Origin: a virus
Direction: 5' to 3' (one strand)
Virus record (IMG/VR): IMGVR_UViG_3300003350_000001
Coordinates: 1 to 39,719 of that record
DNA length: 39,719 nucleotides
Notes under the pieces: model-generated
Told to the model about the DNA's origin: nothing
What the model saw: the letters and a program-made list of their open reading frames with translations, nothing else
Databases searched by the model: none
Shown: piece by piece, positions 10,451 to 18,644 of the stretch
How the letters are laid out: every line of letters starts with the position of its first letter
Numbering within the stretch: position 1 is the stretch's first letter
Position numbers and translations under genes: made by a program

Positions 10451-11161
10451 TTAATTGGGTTTAACCCATCCATGACCTAGATTAATGAAGGCATAATTAA
10501 AGTTGCCGCGTTTTTGCAGGGAAGATGTTTTCATGATACGTAAATCAAGAACGCGTGAATTTTTATTGATAAAGGCTTCGTATTTACCTAATTGCTTCAT
10601 AACCCCAGGCGGCGTTACAAAATTGTATTCAGCACAAATACGATCTGCGAGCGCATAACGTAAATAGGTGATGTAAAAATCATCGAGTGTTAAGGTTAAA
10701 TCCTGACCTAATGCAACCGGAGGCGGTAAGAAAATACCGTGTATTTCAAAAGGATAATTTTGATCAGGAAAGAAATAGATATAAAGATTTCCACCTCCAA
10801 ACTGGCGTTCAAAATACCATTCAAACGGGAGGGTTTGGATATTTTCAACGCGGCTAGTTCCAAAATATGCATTGCGTTTTTCATATTTCATCGCGTAGCG
10901 CACCTCATCTAAATAAAAGACGAGCGTATCTATCTGAATTAAATTCGGGATGTAATAGATTTGTTGGCCGATGATGAAATTTGAATTGTAAGTCGTTTCA
11001 TAAGGAATCATTCCTTCATCGACGCTTTTCTCCAAAATGATATTATTAAGCCATCCCAGACCATCGCCAATTTGAGGACTATCAACGGTTTCAAATTCAC
11101 GTGAGACTACGCCAGAGGCATAATAAGCACCTGAGATTAATTGATTGGTGGTATAAGCCAT
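10451..11161 (-). CDS. Head-tail adaptor / tail-tubular-A-position protein, 236 aa (function assigned from synteny)
   Basis: GGAGG SD. Size and position are right, between the capsid module and the nozzle-like gene. Confidence 0.45.
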   Translation of the reverse strand: MAYTTNQLISGAYYASGVVSREFETVDSPQIGDGLGWLNNIILEKSVDEGMIPYETTYNSNFIIGQQIYYIPNLIQIDTLVFYLDEVRYAMKYEKRNAYFGTSRVENIQTLPFEWYFERQFGGGNLYIYFFPDQNYPFEIHGIFLPPPVALGQDLTLTLDDFYITYLRYALADRICAEYNFVTPPGVMKQLGKYEAFINKNSRVLDLRIMKTSSLQKRGNFNYAFINLGHGWVKPN

Positions 11162-11210
11162 AACAGGCCTCCATGCCTAAATAAAGCCCCCAGTAAAGGG
11201 GGCTTATCTA

Positions 11211-11972
11211 TTACAGATAGTCGTTAAAGCCTGCTGTCAACAATGTCAATGAATCACTACCCGACGTAACTTTATATTGAATGGTAGGTACGCCCGCATC
11301 TAACTCACAAGGCACAGTCGCCATTCCCTGCTGAGCGGCTGCTGCCCCATAACCAAACACCACAATACCGTTGGTTGCTGTTGAACCATAAGGTAAAAAT
11401 GATGCGATATCGGTAGCACTATTGGCAGTGTAATCCACTTTAAAGATGACTTGGGTTGCAATCGGCGGCACAGATGTTGAAAGATTAATGGCTGCATAAG
11501 TCGTTGAAGTGCCTGCAGAAAGTGCACTAATACCGACATCATAGTAGTATATTCTTCCGCTTCCGCTTCCAAATTGCCAAAACTGCAATATGTCTGCGGA
11601 ACTGTCCGTTAATACCCAACCCACTCGTCGATACATGTCATAACCAAAAGGCAATGCAGGTGTAGTTGCATTTAATGACAATAAACCAGCCGGTGTTTGA
11701 TAGTCAGTAGAATCACCGATTACATAGACAGCATAAAAACTGCTGTCTGCAAGAACAGCGACGTCTACACCATTAGCACCCACAAAAGCACCATTGATAG
11801 CAACGGGTGATAATACGGGTTGAGAAGCGGTTGGCCCTAAAATAATATCATTCGTATTCGTAGAATCTCGGGAGGCGCCTAATTGCATGGTCACAACTTT
11901 AGCAGCCGTCTTTGAAATCCCAAGACCATTTACATATAAAAGTCCTGCATTAACAATAGGATAATTTGGCAT
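11211..11972 (-). CDS. Virion structural protein of unknown role, 253 aa
   Basis: ATG with GGAG SD, immediately downstream of the capsid gene, beta-rich. Confidence 0.5.
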   Translation of the reverse strand: MPNYPIVNAGLLYVNGLGISKTAAKVVTMQLGASRDSTNTNDIILGPTASQPVLSPVAINGAFVGANGVDVAVLADSSFYAVYVIGDSTDYQTPAGLLSLNATTPALPFGYDMYRRVGWVLTDSSADILQFWQFGSGSGRIYYYDVGISALSAGTSTTYAAINLSTSVPPIATQVIFKVDYTANSATDIASFLPYGSTATNGIVVFGYGAAAAQQGMATVPCELDAGVPTIQYKVTSGSDSLTLLTAGFNDYL

Positions 11973-12010
11973 AAGTTAACTCCATTAAGAGAAATTGATT
12001 TTTCATTTCA

Positions 12011-13117
12011 TTACATAGGTAATGCGATCATCATGGAATATTCATCCACGAGTGTGCTTCCCCAAATAATGTCATGTACCATTCCGCGTTGGTTTTGACC
12101 AAAGAGCGAGCCGAAATACTGACGAAGCGATGCACCACTATTCGGATCCTGTGCGACGGATGTTGGATATGGCACTTCTTCCGGCAATTTTGGCATTGCA
12201 AGGTATAAGGGATTACCGGCCGTCATTAAACCACATCGGTGAGTCGGTAATACCGTTACTTGCATACCTGCAACAATTGGACTCGTAATATTTTGATCTT
12301 GGCCTGCGGCTGCTTGAAGGGCCGGATAGATATTTACAGTGACTTGACTACCCCCTGTGCTTGCTGCATTGGCGGTTGCTCTGAATTGAACCGGTGATTG
12401 TGTAGGTTGATGGCCAATAAAGGTTAAGAAACGTAAATTTGGCTGACCCGCTACGCCATCACTAAACTGGAACTTATCATAAGTCATGATGGAATTTGGA
12501 TCATCGGCAGCAGCAGTTCCACTGAACGTGATTTGAATCACACCACCTTCCGAGTTAGTAACCGTACTCACCACAGTTAATACGCTGCCGTCATTTCCTT
12601 CTGTGCCTGCCGTATGGGTTTTCAATAAGTTGGATTGATACCAATCGCAATTTGAAAACTTACCAATTTCCCAACTCATCATTTCCCGATTATTTTTTTC
12701 AATCGTGAATTGATTTAATCCACTATTGATAATTCCTGGGAATGTGATATCGGATAAATAACCTTTGGTATTGTCTTTTGCCGCACCGAAGTTACGGAAA
12801 AATGCCAATGCATTTCCTAATTGAAGGTAAGAACTGATGTTTGTTACACCATCTCCGTAGAAACGGAACGTATTGGTTTCTGCGAGTGCAGATACGTTTG
12901 CTTCTACTTTGGTTCCAATTTCAGCAATCGCGGATTTACCGAATACTTCCATGTAATCACGGACGTTGAAGATAAATTGTTGTGCAGTGAATTCATATGC
13001 AGTCGATGCTTGTTGAGAAACCGTTAATTGTTGAACACGCTGAACCGCAGATTGGAACGATACGACAAGACTGTCGGTCGTTGTAAACCGTGGTGGCAAG
13101 TCAAAACTTACTGTATC
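12011..13117 (-). CDS. Major capsid protein, exon 2 (368 codons plus stop). It joins to exon 1 at 13365.
   Basis: Position after the scaffold gene and suitable size. The ORF-track ATG at 13120 lacks an SD and has an in-frame TGA directly upstream. See the intron feature. Confidence 0.8.
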   Translation of the reverse strand, partial: DTVSFDLPPRFTTTDSLVVSFQSAVQRVQQLTVSQQASTAYEFTAQQFIFNVRDYMEVFGKSAIAEIGTKVEANVSALAETNTFRFYGDGVTNISSYLQLGNALAFFRNFGAAKDNTKGYLSDITFPGIINSGLNQFTIEKNNREMMSWEIGKFSNCDWYQSNLLKTHTAGTEGNDGSVLTVVSTVTNSEGGVIQITFSGTAAADDPNSIMTYDKFQFSDGVAGQPNLRFLTFIGHQPTQSPVQFRATANAASTGGSQVTVNIYPALQAAAGQDQNITSPIVAGMQVTVLPTHRCGLMTAGNPLYLAMPKLPEEVPYPTSVAQDPNSGASLRQYFGSLFGQNQRGMVHDIIWGSTLVDEYSMMIALPM

Positions 13118-13364
13118 CATTCATATTCAATTAAGGGCGTTACTCTTAATCCGCCTTTCGGCAGCTACCAATCACTTGGCAGATTAGACTATATCTTCAC
13201 CCCTATTGGGGGCTGTGCGCTTCCACTCACTTGAGTGTACGAGCTTTCGCTCTAGTCGTTGCACCTTCCTCTTTCGAGGCTCGGCTCAGGATTGTCTACT
13301 TGAGAGTTCCCCTGAATTCACACAGTAACTACCAGCAATTACTCACTGGCGAGGCTGACAGTTA
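13118..13364 (-). ncRNA. Group I self-splicing intron, ORF-less, 247 nt, IA-like (has P7.1/P7.2 and P9.1/P9.2 hairpins)
   Basis: On the minus strand there is an exact S element AAGAUAUAGUCU (13197-13186). R-like GUGCAACGACUAGA lies at 13264-13251, P-like AAUUCAGGGGAA at 13318-13307 and Q-like AAUCCUGAGCC at 13293-13283. There are three GAAA tetraloop hairpins and one GUGA. P1 pairs exon AGGU with intron GCCU (13355-13352). The 3' terminal base is G. The splice is in frame. Confidence 0.8.
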
Positions 13365-13505
13365 ACCTAAGTTCTTCGGGATATCATCATTGAATCTCTG
13401 AAACTTTTTATTGGAAGTACTGATGAATGCAAATGTATTTAAAAGTAACGCAAGGTTAGACCTATTATAGGTAACAACTTGCTGCAATATATTGACTGGT
13501 GCCAT
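13365..13505 (-). CDS. Major capsid protein, exon 1 (47 codons: MAPVNILQQVVTYNRSNLALLLNTFAFISTSNKKFQRFNDDIPKNLG)
   Basis: AAGGAG at 13518-13513, 7 nt before ATG 13505. The exon is too short for the ORF track. Joined to exon 2 it gives NLG|DTVSFDLPPRF. Confidence 0.75.
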
Positions 13506-13573
13506 TGCAAAACTCCTTTTTTGAAAGAAATGTTTTGCAACGACAAATTGAATTTATTAGAAGATATTAAGGC

Positions 13574-14272
13574 TCATCCTCTAAGCCAGGGCTGATTACG
13601 CAAATCCTGTATACTCAGTTTGTCGTTGCTTCCCGAAATTCTGGAAGACGACAAACGGTCGAGAGGATCGGCGACCTGATTAGAGTTTTCCTCGGCTTGC
13701 GCTTGGCGGTTTTCTGCAATTGAGCGAGAAACCTTTAATAATTCCGAATGCGCTTGTTTTGGAGCTCTTTCAGCGAGCCTATCAAGTCCTGCGAGCTTCA
13801 TAGGATTTTTAGCCAATTCATAGATGACATCAGCTGCATTATCAATTCCCGCTACTAGATAAGTAAGCTGTGGAAATGCAGTCGGATCAAAATCTTTGGT
13901 TATTTCCTCGAAGTCTTCGTAAGTATTTTTACCCTGTTCCATTTTAGAAAGATACGAATTGGCAACACGATCCATTTCACTTTTGATTTGGCGTTGTTGC
14001 ATCTCTTCATTGAATCTTTCTTGAACTTGCTGGTAGATAGCATTGGCATCTAATTCACGTGGAACGTTTTCATTTCGTTGTGATTGTTGTGCCTGAAGGG
14101 CTTCTAAATCCCTTTGATATTTCTCTTCCAGCTCACGCTTGGTTGCTTGGGCCACATCATACTTAGCTTTTTTAACAATCTTATCGACATGCGATTGCGG
14201 AAGCATTCTTTCAGGCTCTTGTGCAATAGGTGCTGTGTCTATAGGAGTGTCAGCGACTTGATTCTCTTCCAT
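13574..14272 (-). CDS. Scaffolding protein, 232 aa
   Basis: Acidic, coiled-coil-rich (E/Q/R/K) protein between the portal and the capsid. GGAAGG SD. Confidence 0.7.
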   Translation of the reverse strand: MEENQVADTPIDTAPIAQEPERMLPQSHVDKIVKKAKYDVAQATKRELEEKYQRDLEALQAQQSQRNENVPRELDANAIYQQVQERFNEEMQQRQIKSEMDRVANSYLSKMEQGKNTYEDFEEITKDFDPTAFPQLTYLVAGIDNAADVIYELAKNPMKLAGLDRLAERAPKQAHSELLKVSRSIAENRQAQAEENSNQVADPLDRLSSSRISGSNDKLSIQDLRNQPWLRG

Positions 14273-14402
14273 GTGTAACCTTCCATTGGTTTGTCACGAT
14301 TAGCCCGCGTGGCTTCGGTAGATCCCTCTTTTACGATGGAGTATCGCTCAGTTCGCCGCATGAGTGCGTGTGGCCCAAGAGAATGCTTGGTCATTACCAA
14401 AT

Positions 14403-14430
14403 AGTATATGACTTTTTTAAAAGTTCGCAA
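14403..14430 (-). promoter_or_regulatory. Candidate sigma70-type promoter for the scaffold-capsid transcript
   Basis: Minus strand reads TTGCGA (14430-14425), a 16-nt spacer, then TATACT (14408-14403). It starts directly after the stop of the upstream gene and is followed by a leader of about 130 nt. Confidence 0.35.
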
Positions 14431-14688
14431 CTATCGTTTCTTTTTTTTCTTTTCCATCATTCCTTTTTTTTCATCCATTCTTTTTTCTTTCTTCATTTTC
14501 TCTTCGTGATGTTTCATCTTTTCTTTATGCATTTCTCTTTTCATGGGTTTATCTCCTTTTTTTTCTCGTGCTTGTGAATAGGCAATAGCAACTGCCTGTT
14601 TTTGTGGTTTACCTGCTTGGACTTCTCTTCTTATATTTTCTGAAAAACCTTGACGGGTTTTAGCAGCTTTTCCTTTCACTAATGGCAT
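14431..14688 (-). CDS. Small highly basic protein, 85 aa (Lys-rich tail KKKKKR)
   Basis: AAGGAA SD. The N-terminal KGKAAKTRQGFSENIRREVQAGKPQKQAVAIAYSQARE resembles small conserved phage/bacterial basic proteins, recalled from memory only. Confidence 0.6.
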   Translation of the reverse strand: MPLVKGKAAKTRQGFSENIRREVQAGKPQKQAVAIAYSQAREKKGDKPMKREMHKEKMKHHEEKMKKEKRMDEKKGMMEKKKKKR

Positions 14689-14699
14689 AATAAATTTCC

Positions 14700-14888
14700 T
14701 TATCGTTTTCGCATACCTTTAAACGTCTCTGCTAAAATCGCTTGCTTTCTCGTTCTTGGATTTTTGCTTTTTTCTGCTTTTTCAAGTTTTGCTTCAGGAA
14801 TATTCTTTCCTTTTTTAATGTGTAATTTTTCACGAAGCGCACCTTTTTTGATAGCGGCACCCTGGATCCATTTTTTATTTTCCTTCAT
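14700..14888 (-). CDS. Small basic protein, 62 aa
   Basis: AAGGAGG SD. Overlaps the portal stop by 14 nt. Confidence 0.6.
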   Translation of the reverse strand: MKENKKWIQGAAIKKGALREKLHIKKGKNIPEAKLEKAEKSKNPRTRKQAILAETFKGMRKR

Positions 14889-17004
14889 GAGCTCCTCCTT
14901 GATTTAATTCATTTAAATGACTACTAATATTAATCGCGGACTCTACCGCAGTTCTACTATTTTCTGCATCCACTTCTGCAAGTTTTACTTCATTTTCTAC
15001 ATTTTGATTCTGAATCTTCGCCATAAGCTCAACAAATTTAGTTTGTGAATCACGCTCTTTAATTGCAACATTGGCAGCATCTAACTTCGCTCTTTCTTCA
15101 ATGGCCATCATCTCCAATTGTGTTTGTGTGGGCGTTTGCAATTCTTTTTGTGCTTGTTGCATTTGCATTTGTTGCATTTTAGATTGTGCTTGTGCTTGTT
15201 GCATTTGCATTTGCTGTTGGGCTTTTTGCATTTGCGCTTGTTCTTTTTCGTATTCGATTGCTTTCTCTTTTAAGGAATCAATGCCGCGTATTTCGATATT
15301 ATCCAATAGGGTTTGTAATCCTTTTTGGCTAAAGAATTGGGCAAAATTGGGCATTGATTGACTTAAACTTACAATCGTTTGCAAAGCAATTTCCTTTTGC
15401 ATCGCAAAGTTAACCCCGACTTCGACTTTGACTTGTAGGTGATTCGGGTCATAGTTCATATAAAGAGATCCTTTTTTATTGATCTCAAAATATTCACGTT
15501 TCCCATCCGGTAAAAGAATCGGAAGACTGCGTGGTGTTCGATAATAACGCGGCATCATATCCATGTAGATATGTGCAATTCGACTTAATCCTTTAATCAA
15601 TCCAACAATATAAGGCATCGATGCGTTGTTGCTTTGTATGGCACTTCTTGCAAATGCAATCCCTGACATCTGACTATTATTTTGACCGGCTGCACCGTCA
15701 TAACTTCCTAAAATGATTTGGGTCATTTCATCCGACATCCTGAACGTTTCGGCAATTTGAGGTGGTATAGGGGTTCTTACGACTTCACGCGGAGGCGGCA
15801 ATGTGACATCCGGATTTCGTGTATCCAAAAAGTGATTGTAGATGAGTGTATCTGCTTTTTGCACATTCTGATAAGCGGTTTGATAATCAGCCGGAATAGA
15901 TTCTAAAGCTACAATAAATTTATGTTGAATGGTGTTTTCAAGTTCATTGCCAAGCGATTGGCCCGCTAAATTCTTAAGACGTTGAATACCCATCGCATGA
16001 AAGACATAAGGCCGTGTCATTTGCACATAGGCCGCTCCATCTCGAAGATTGACACTATTTCCATCGATAAAGACTAACGGCAGATATTTGTAATCCGTCT
16101 CGCATACATCTAATAATGCGGACTCACAAAATCGATACCGCACAATTTTTTCAATAATCGTTTTTCTTTTTTTAACAATGACGGGGGGTTGTTCAATGAT
16201 ACCTTGCTCTTCCCACTGCTCTAGGAATTTCTCATATTCTTTTTCAAGAACGGAGTGGCCATTTGATAATTTAACAATCGTTTCTTTCTTAAATTGTTTT
16301 TCGTAATAGTCACAAACTAAAACAATTTCTTCTTGTTCATTCTGAAAAGACCAATCAAAACCGGATAATGAACGGGTAAATTGCATCTCTTCTGCGATTT
16401 TAATACCAAACGTATTTTCAAAAGATTCTTTGGTCATAGGATAAAGTTCGGCACAAAACCGACCATCTCCTTTATGTGAATCACGGGCGAGTGGATCAAA
16501 AACACACAGGGTTGGATCAAAGACGCGTTCAATACAGATGTTTTGCTCAAAGCTCTTTTCATTGATGTAATCGGTATAAATTTTAACGACCGAAAAGCCA
16601 CCCGCTAATAAATCCGAATAGGCATTATATTGAAGCATGTCATTTTCACCATCAAAGAAAACGGCACGAAGATGGGCTTCAACCACTTCTAAAGTGGCAA
16701 TAAATTGTTTATCGAGCATGGAAAGCGGCACACCATCAGCGGCCCGAACCGTTAATGCTGGCTGTTGTTTGGCAAATTCGCCGCGAAGGCGCGAGATATA
16801 CGCTTCTAAGATATTAAATTCGATGGTAGGTACGCCCCTGTCTGCAAGGGTCGCATTTTCAGTATCATCCAAAGAGGTTTTAAAGACAAACCGCGTGAAC
16901 ATTTCATAACGGGTTATATTGTCTGCAAAATAAAGGTGAGCTTCTTCGACCGATTTTTTAAGTAATTCTAATCTATCGGTATGTTTTTTCGCGATATCCG
17001 GCAT
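14875..17004 (-). CDS. Portal protein, 709 aa, with a long C-terminal Q/M-rich coiled coil
   Basis: Its size and its position immediately after terL (32-nt overlap) fit a portal. The C-terminal helical extension is reminiscent of the P22 portal barrel. Confidence 0.8.
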   Translation of the reverse strand: MPDIAKKHTDRLELLKKSVEEAHLYFADNITRYEMFTRFVFKTSLDDTENATLADRGVPTIEFNILEAYISRLRGEFAKQQPALTVRAADGVPLSMLDKQFIATLEVVEAHLRAVFFDGENDMLQYNAYSDLLAGGFSVVKIYTDYINEKSFEQNICIERVFDPTLCVFDPLARDSHKGDGRFCAELYPMTKESFENTFGIKIAEEMQFTRSLSGFDWSFQNEQEEIVLVCDYYEKQFKKETIVKLSNGHSVLEKEYEKFLEQWEEQGIIEQPPVIVKKRKTIIEKIVRYRFCESALLDVCETDYKYLPLVFIDGNSVNLRDGAAYVQMTRPYVFHAMGIQRLKNLAGQSLGNELENTIQHKFIVALESIPADYQTAYQNVQKADTLIYNHFLDTRNPDVTLPPPREVVRTPIPPQIAETFRMSDEMTQIILGSYDGAAGQNNSQMSGIAFARSAIQSNNASMPYIVGLIKGLSRIAHIYMDMMPRYYRTPRSLPILLPDGKREYFEINKKGSLYMNYDPNHLQVKVEVGVNFAMQKEIALQTIVSLSQSMPNFAQFFSQKGLQTLLDNIEIRGIDSLKEKAIEYEKEQAQMQKAQQQMQMQQAQAQSKMQQMQMQQAQKELQTPTQTQLEMMAIEERAKLDAANVAIKERDSQTKFVELMAKIQNQNVENEVKLAEVDAENSRTAVESAINISSHLNELNQGGAHEGK

Positions 17005-18550
17005 TTCTCATCATCCCTGACCTAATGCGTCGTTGTAATTGTTGATTCATATTCTTAAGAATCTCTTTATGCTCATCTTCCCTGATGGCATTAGAATATA
17101 TCGTTTTTTCAATTAAAGCGATACGAATAGCATCCGATAGCGTATCTGCAATATCATCATGACGATGGGTATTGTTAGCCGTAATTTTACTCATGTGTGC
17201 AATGCAATTATCTTTGTGCTTGGCATGATAGGAAAAGGAAATTTTCTTAGAAGCAACAAAAGGCTGCATATCCAAGAATCGTTGTGTTTTAGAGCCGGAT
17301 GCAATCGTGCGCTCTATTTGTCTTACCTGCATCCCTCGTAATTCTTGAAGAATACTCAATAGAGTAACACCGGTTGATTTCTTTTCAATGGCAGCAATCA
17401 AAGGGGGAACAGGATAACGCACACAATTGGTATAAAAGTCCATAAATGCATCTTTTAAATCCTTGGGTTCTATCCGCATTTCCATACAATCAATCCAATG
17501 CAAACCCATTTGGCCTGTTTTGCGTCCCATCGTTTCAATCTCATAAACACCCCAAAAACTAAGTACTGTCGCATCATTCCAAGATTTATCCGTTTCGGCC
17601 GTATCAGCCGTAATAAAAGTGACAAAGCAGTTGGGTTCTTCATCTAATGTGACAAACCATTCGGGTCTAAATAAGCCGCCTCCTGCTGGTAATGGATCTT
17701 GTTGGTATTGGCTTGCAAAAACATACGGAGATTTTTCTTGGAGGGTTAATAACTTTTCTTTTGGCATCATTTCGGGATAAAGCGCGTTCCCTGCACTATC
17801 TAATCCCTTTAAAATTGTCGTATGCCAATCATCCACATCTTTACCGCTCGTGAAAAAATCAGTTAGATCTGCTTCATGGACGCGTTGCCCTATATAAATG
17901 ATAGGAACATTGACGCCTCTACAGCGTTGACGGATGGTTTCATCATAATTATTAATAACGCCTTGACGTACTGCATCGCTATGGGCTTCGTCCGGTTTAT
18001 GCGCATCATCAATAATGACAGCGCCTGTAAAGCGCGAAAGTCCAGGGAGTCCTCCATCTTGACCCGTGATGGCGCCTTGGGAACCAAATGCTTTAATCGA
18101 ACCACCGGCGGTTGTTCTAAAAGAATCTTTGGCGCGGCTATCCGAATCAATCTCAATATCAAAGAGATAACAATACATTTTGCTTGAAACAATCGAACGA
18201 ATAAAAGCCGTATGTTTGGCTGCTAATTCATGCGAATAGGAAATATATAGATAATTAGAATCAGGATAGCTTGCCAAACTCCAGGCAGCCCACATACTCA
18301 CTAATGTTGATTTACCACAGCCTGGTGGCAAATTGATAATTTCTCGTAGGATTTCAAGGCGCATCACCGACGTTAAGGTTTTACAACAGCTAATGTGATG
18401 GGATTCCCTTCCCACCGGCTGTGAAATAATAAACTCACGTCCTGTAATGTACTTGAAAAAATAACGCGTAAACTCCAGTAATGAGCCTCGAAGTTTGGAG
18501 GCTTCTTCTTCCTTTTCATGATCGATGATGCCCGAAATCCATTTCGACAT
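16973..18550 (-). CDS. terL: Terminase large subunit, 525 aa
   Basis: Walker A-like PPGCGKST, Walker B-like VIIDDAHKPDE, C-terminal nuclease-type acidic motifs (ITADTAETD), directly upstream of the portal. Confidence 0.85.
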   Translation of the reverse strand: MSKWISGIIDHEKEEEASKLRGSLLEFTRYFFKYITGREFIISQPVGRESHHISCCKTLTSVMRLEILREIINLPPGCGKSTLVSMWAAWSLASYPDSNYLYISYSHELAAKHTAFIRSIVSSKMYCYLFDIEIDSDSRAKDSFRTTAGGSIKAFGSQGAITGQDGGLPGLSRFTGAVIIDDAHKPDEAHSDAVRQGVINNYDETIRQRCRGVNVPIIYIGQRVHEADLTDFFTSGKDVDDWHTTILKGLDSAGNALYPEMMPKEKLLTLQEKSPYVFASQYQQDPLPAGGGLFRPEWFVTLDEEPNCFVTFITADTAETDKSWNDATVLSFWGVYEIETMGRKTGQMGLHWIDCMEMRIEPKDLKDAFMDFYTNCVRYPVPPLIAAIEKKSTGVTLLSILQELRGMQVRQIERTIASGSKTQRFLDMQPFVASKKISFSYHAKHKDNCIAHMSKITANNTHRHDDIADTLSDAIRIALIEKTIYSNAIREDEHKEILKNMNQQLQRRIRSGMMRNAGYREKTYR

Positions 18551-18554
18551 ATTT

Positions 18555-18586
18555 TTAACTTATTGTTAACTTATTGTTAACTTAAG
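18555..18586. repeat. Tandem 11-bp repeat TTAACTTATTG, about 2.8 copies, abutting the terL start codon
   Basis: ttaacttattg ttaacttattg ttaacttaag read directly from the sequence. Confidence 0.9.
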
Positions 18587-18644
18587 GGAAATTGAGAGTG
18601 ATCTACAAATCGATTATAACCGAAATCCCTTTCGACATAATATT

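Noticed and set aside
13028-13234. 68-aa plus-strand ORF spanning the capsid start and the non-coding gap
   Set aside because: It is antisense to capsid exon 2 and to the 3' half of the group I intron, and it has no SD. The structured-RNA interpretation explains the region better.
14300-14370. A hammerhead-like CUGA...stem...AAA arrangement in the scaffold leader
   Set aside because: The conserved CUGAUGA and GAAA boxes are not present (the sequence reads CUGAGCGAU...AUCGUAAAA).
14239-14577. ORFs 14239-14430 (minus) and 14368-14577 (plus; F/L/S-rich)
   Set aside because: The first overlaps the scaffold start out of frame and has no SD. The second is the antisense shadow of the Lys-rich basic protein gene (poly-AAA/GAA read as TTT/TTC).
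15071-15361. 96-aa Cys-rich plus-strand ORF
   Set aside because: It is antisense to the Q/M-rich portal tail (CAA/CAG/ATG read as TTG/CTG/CAT gives a Cys/Ile/Ala-rich artefact).
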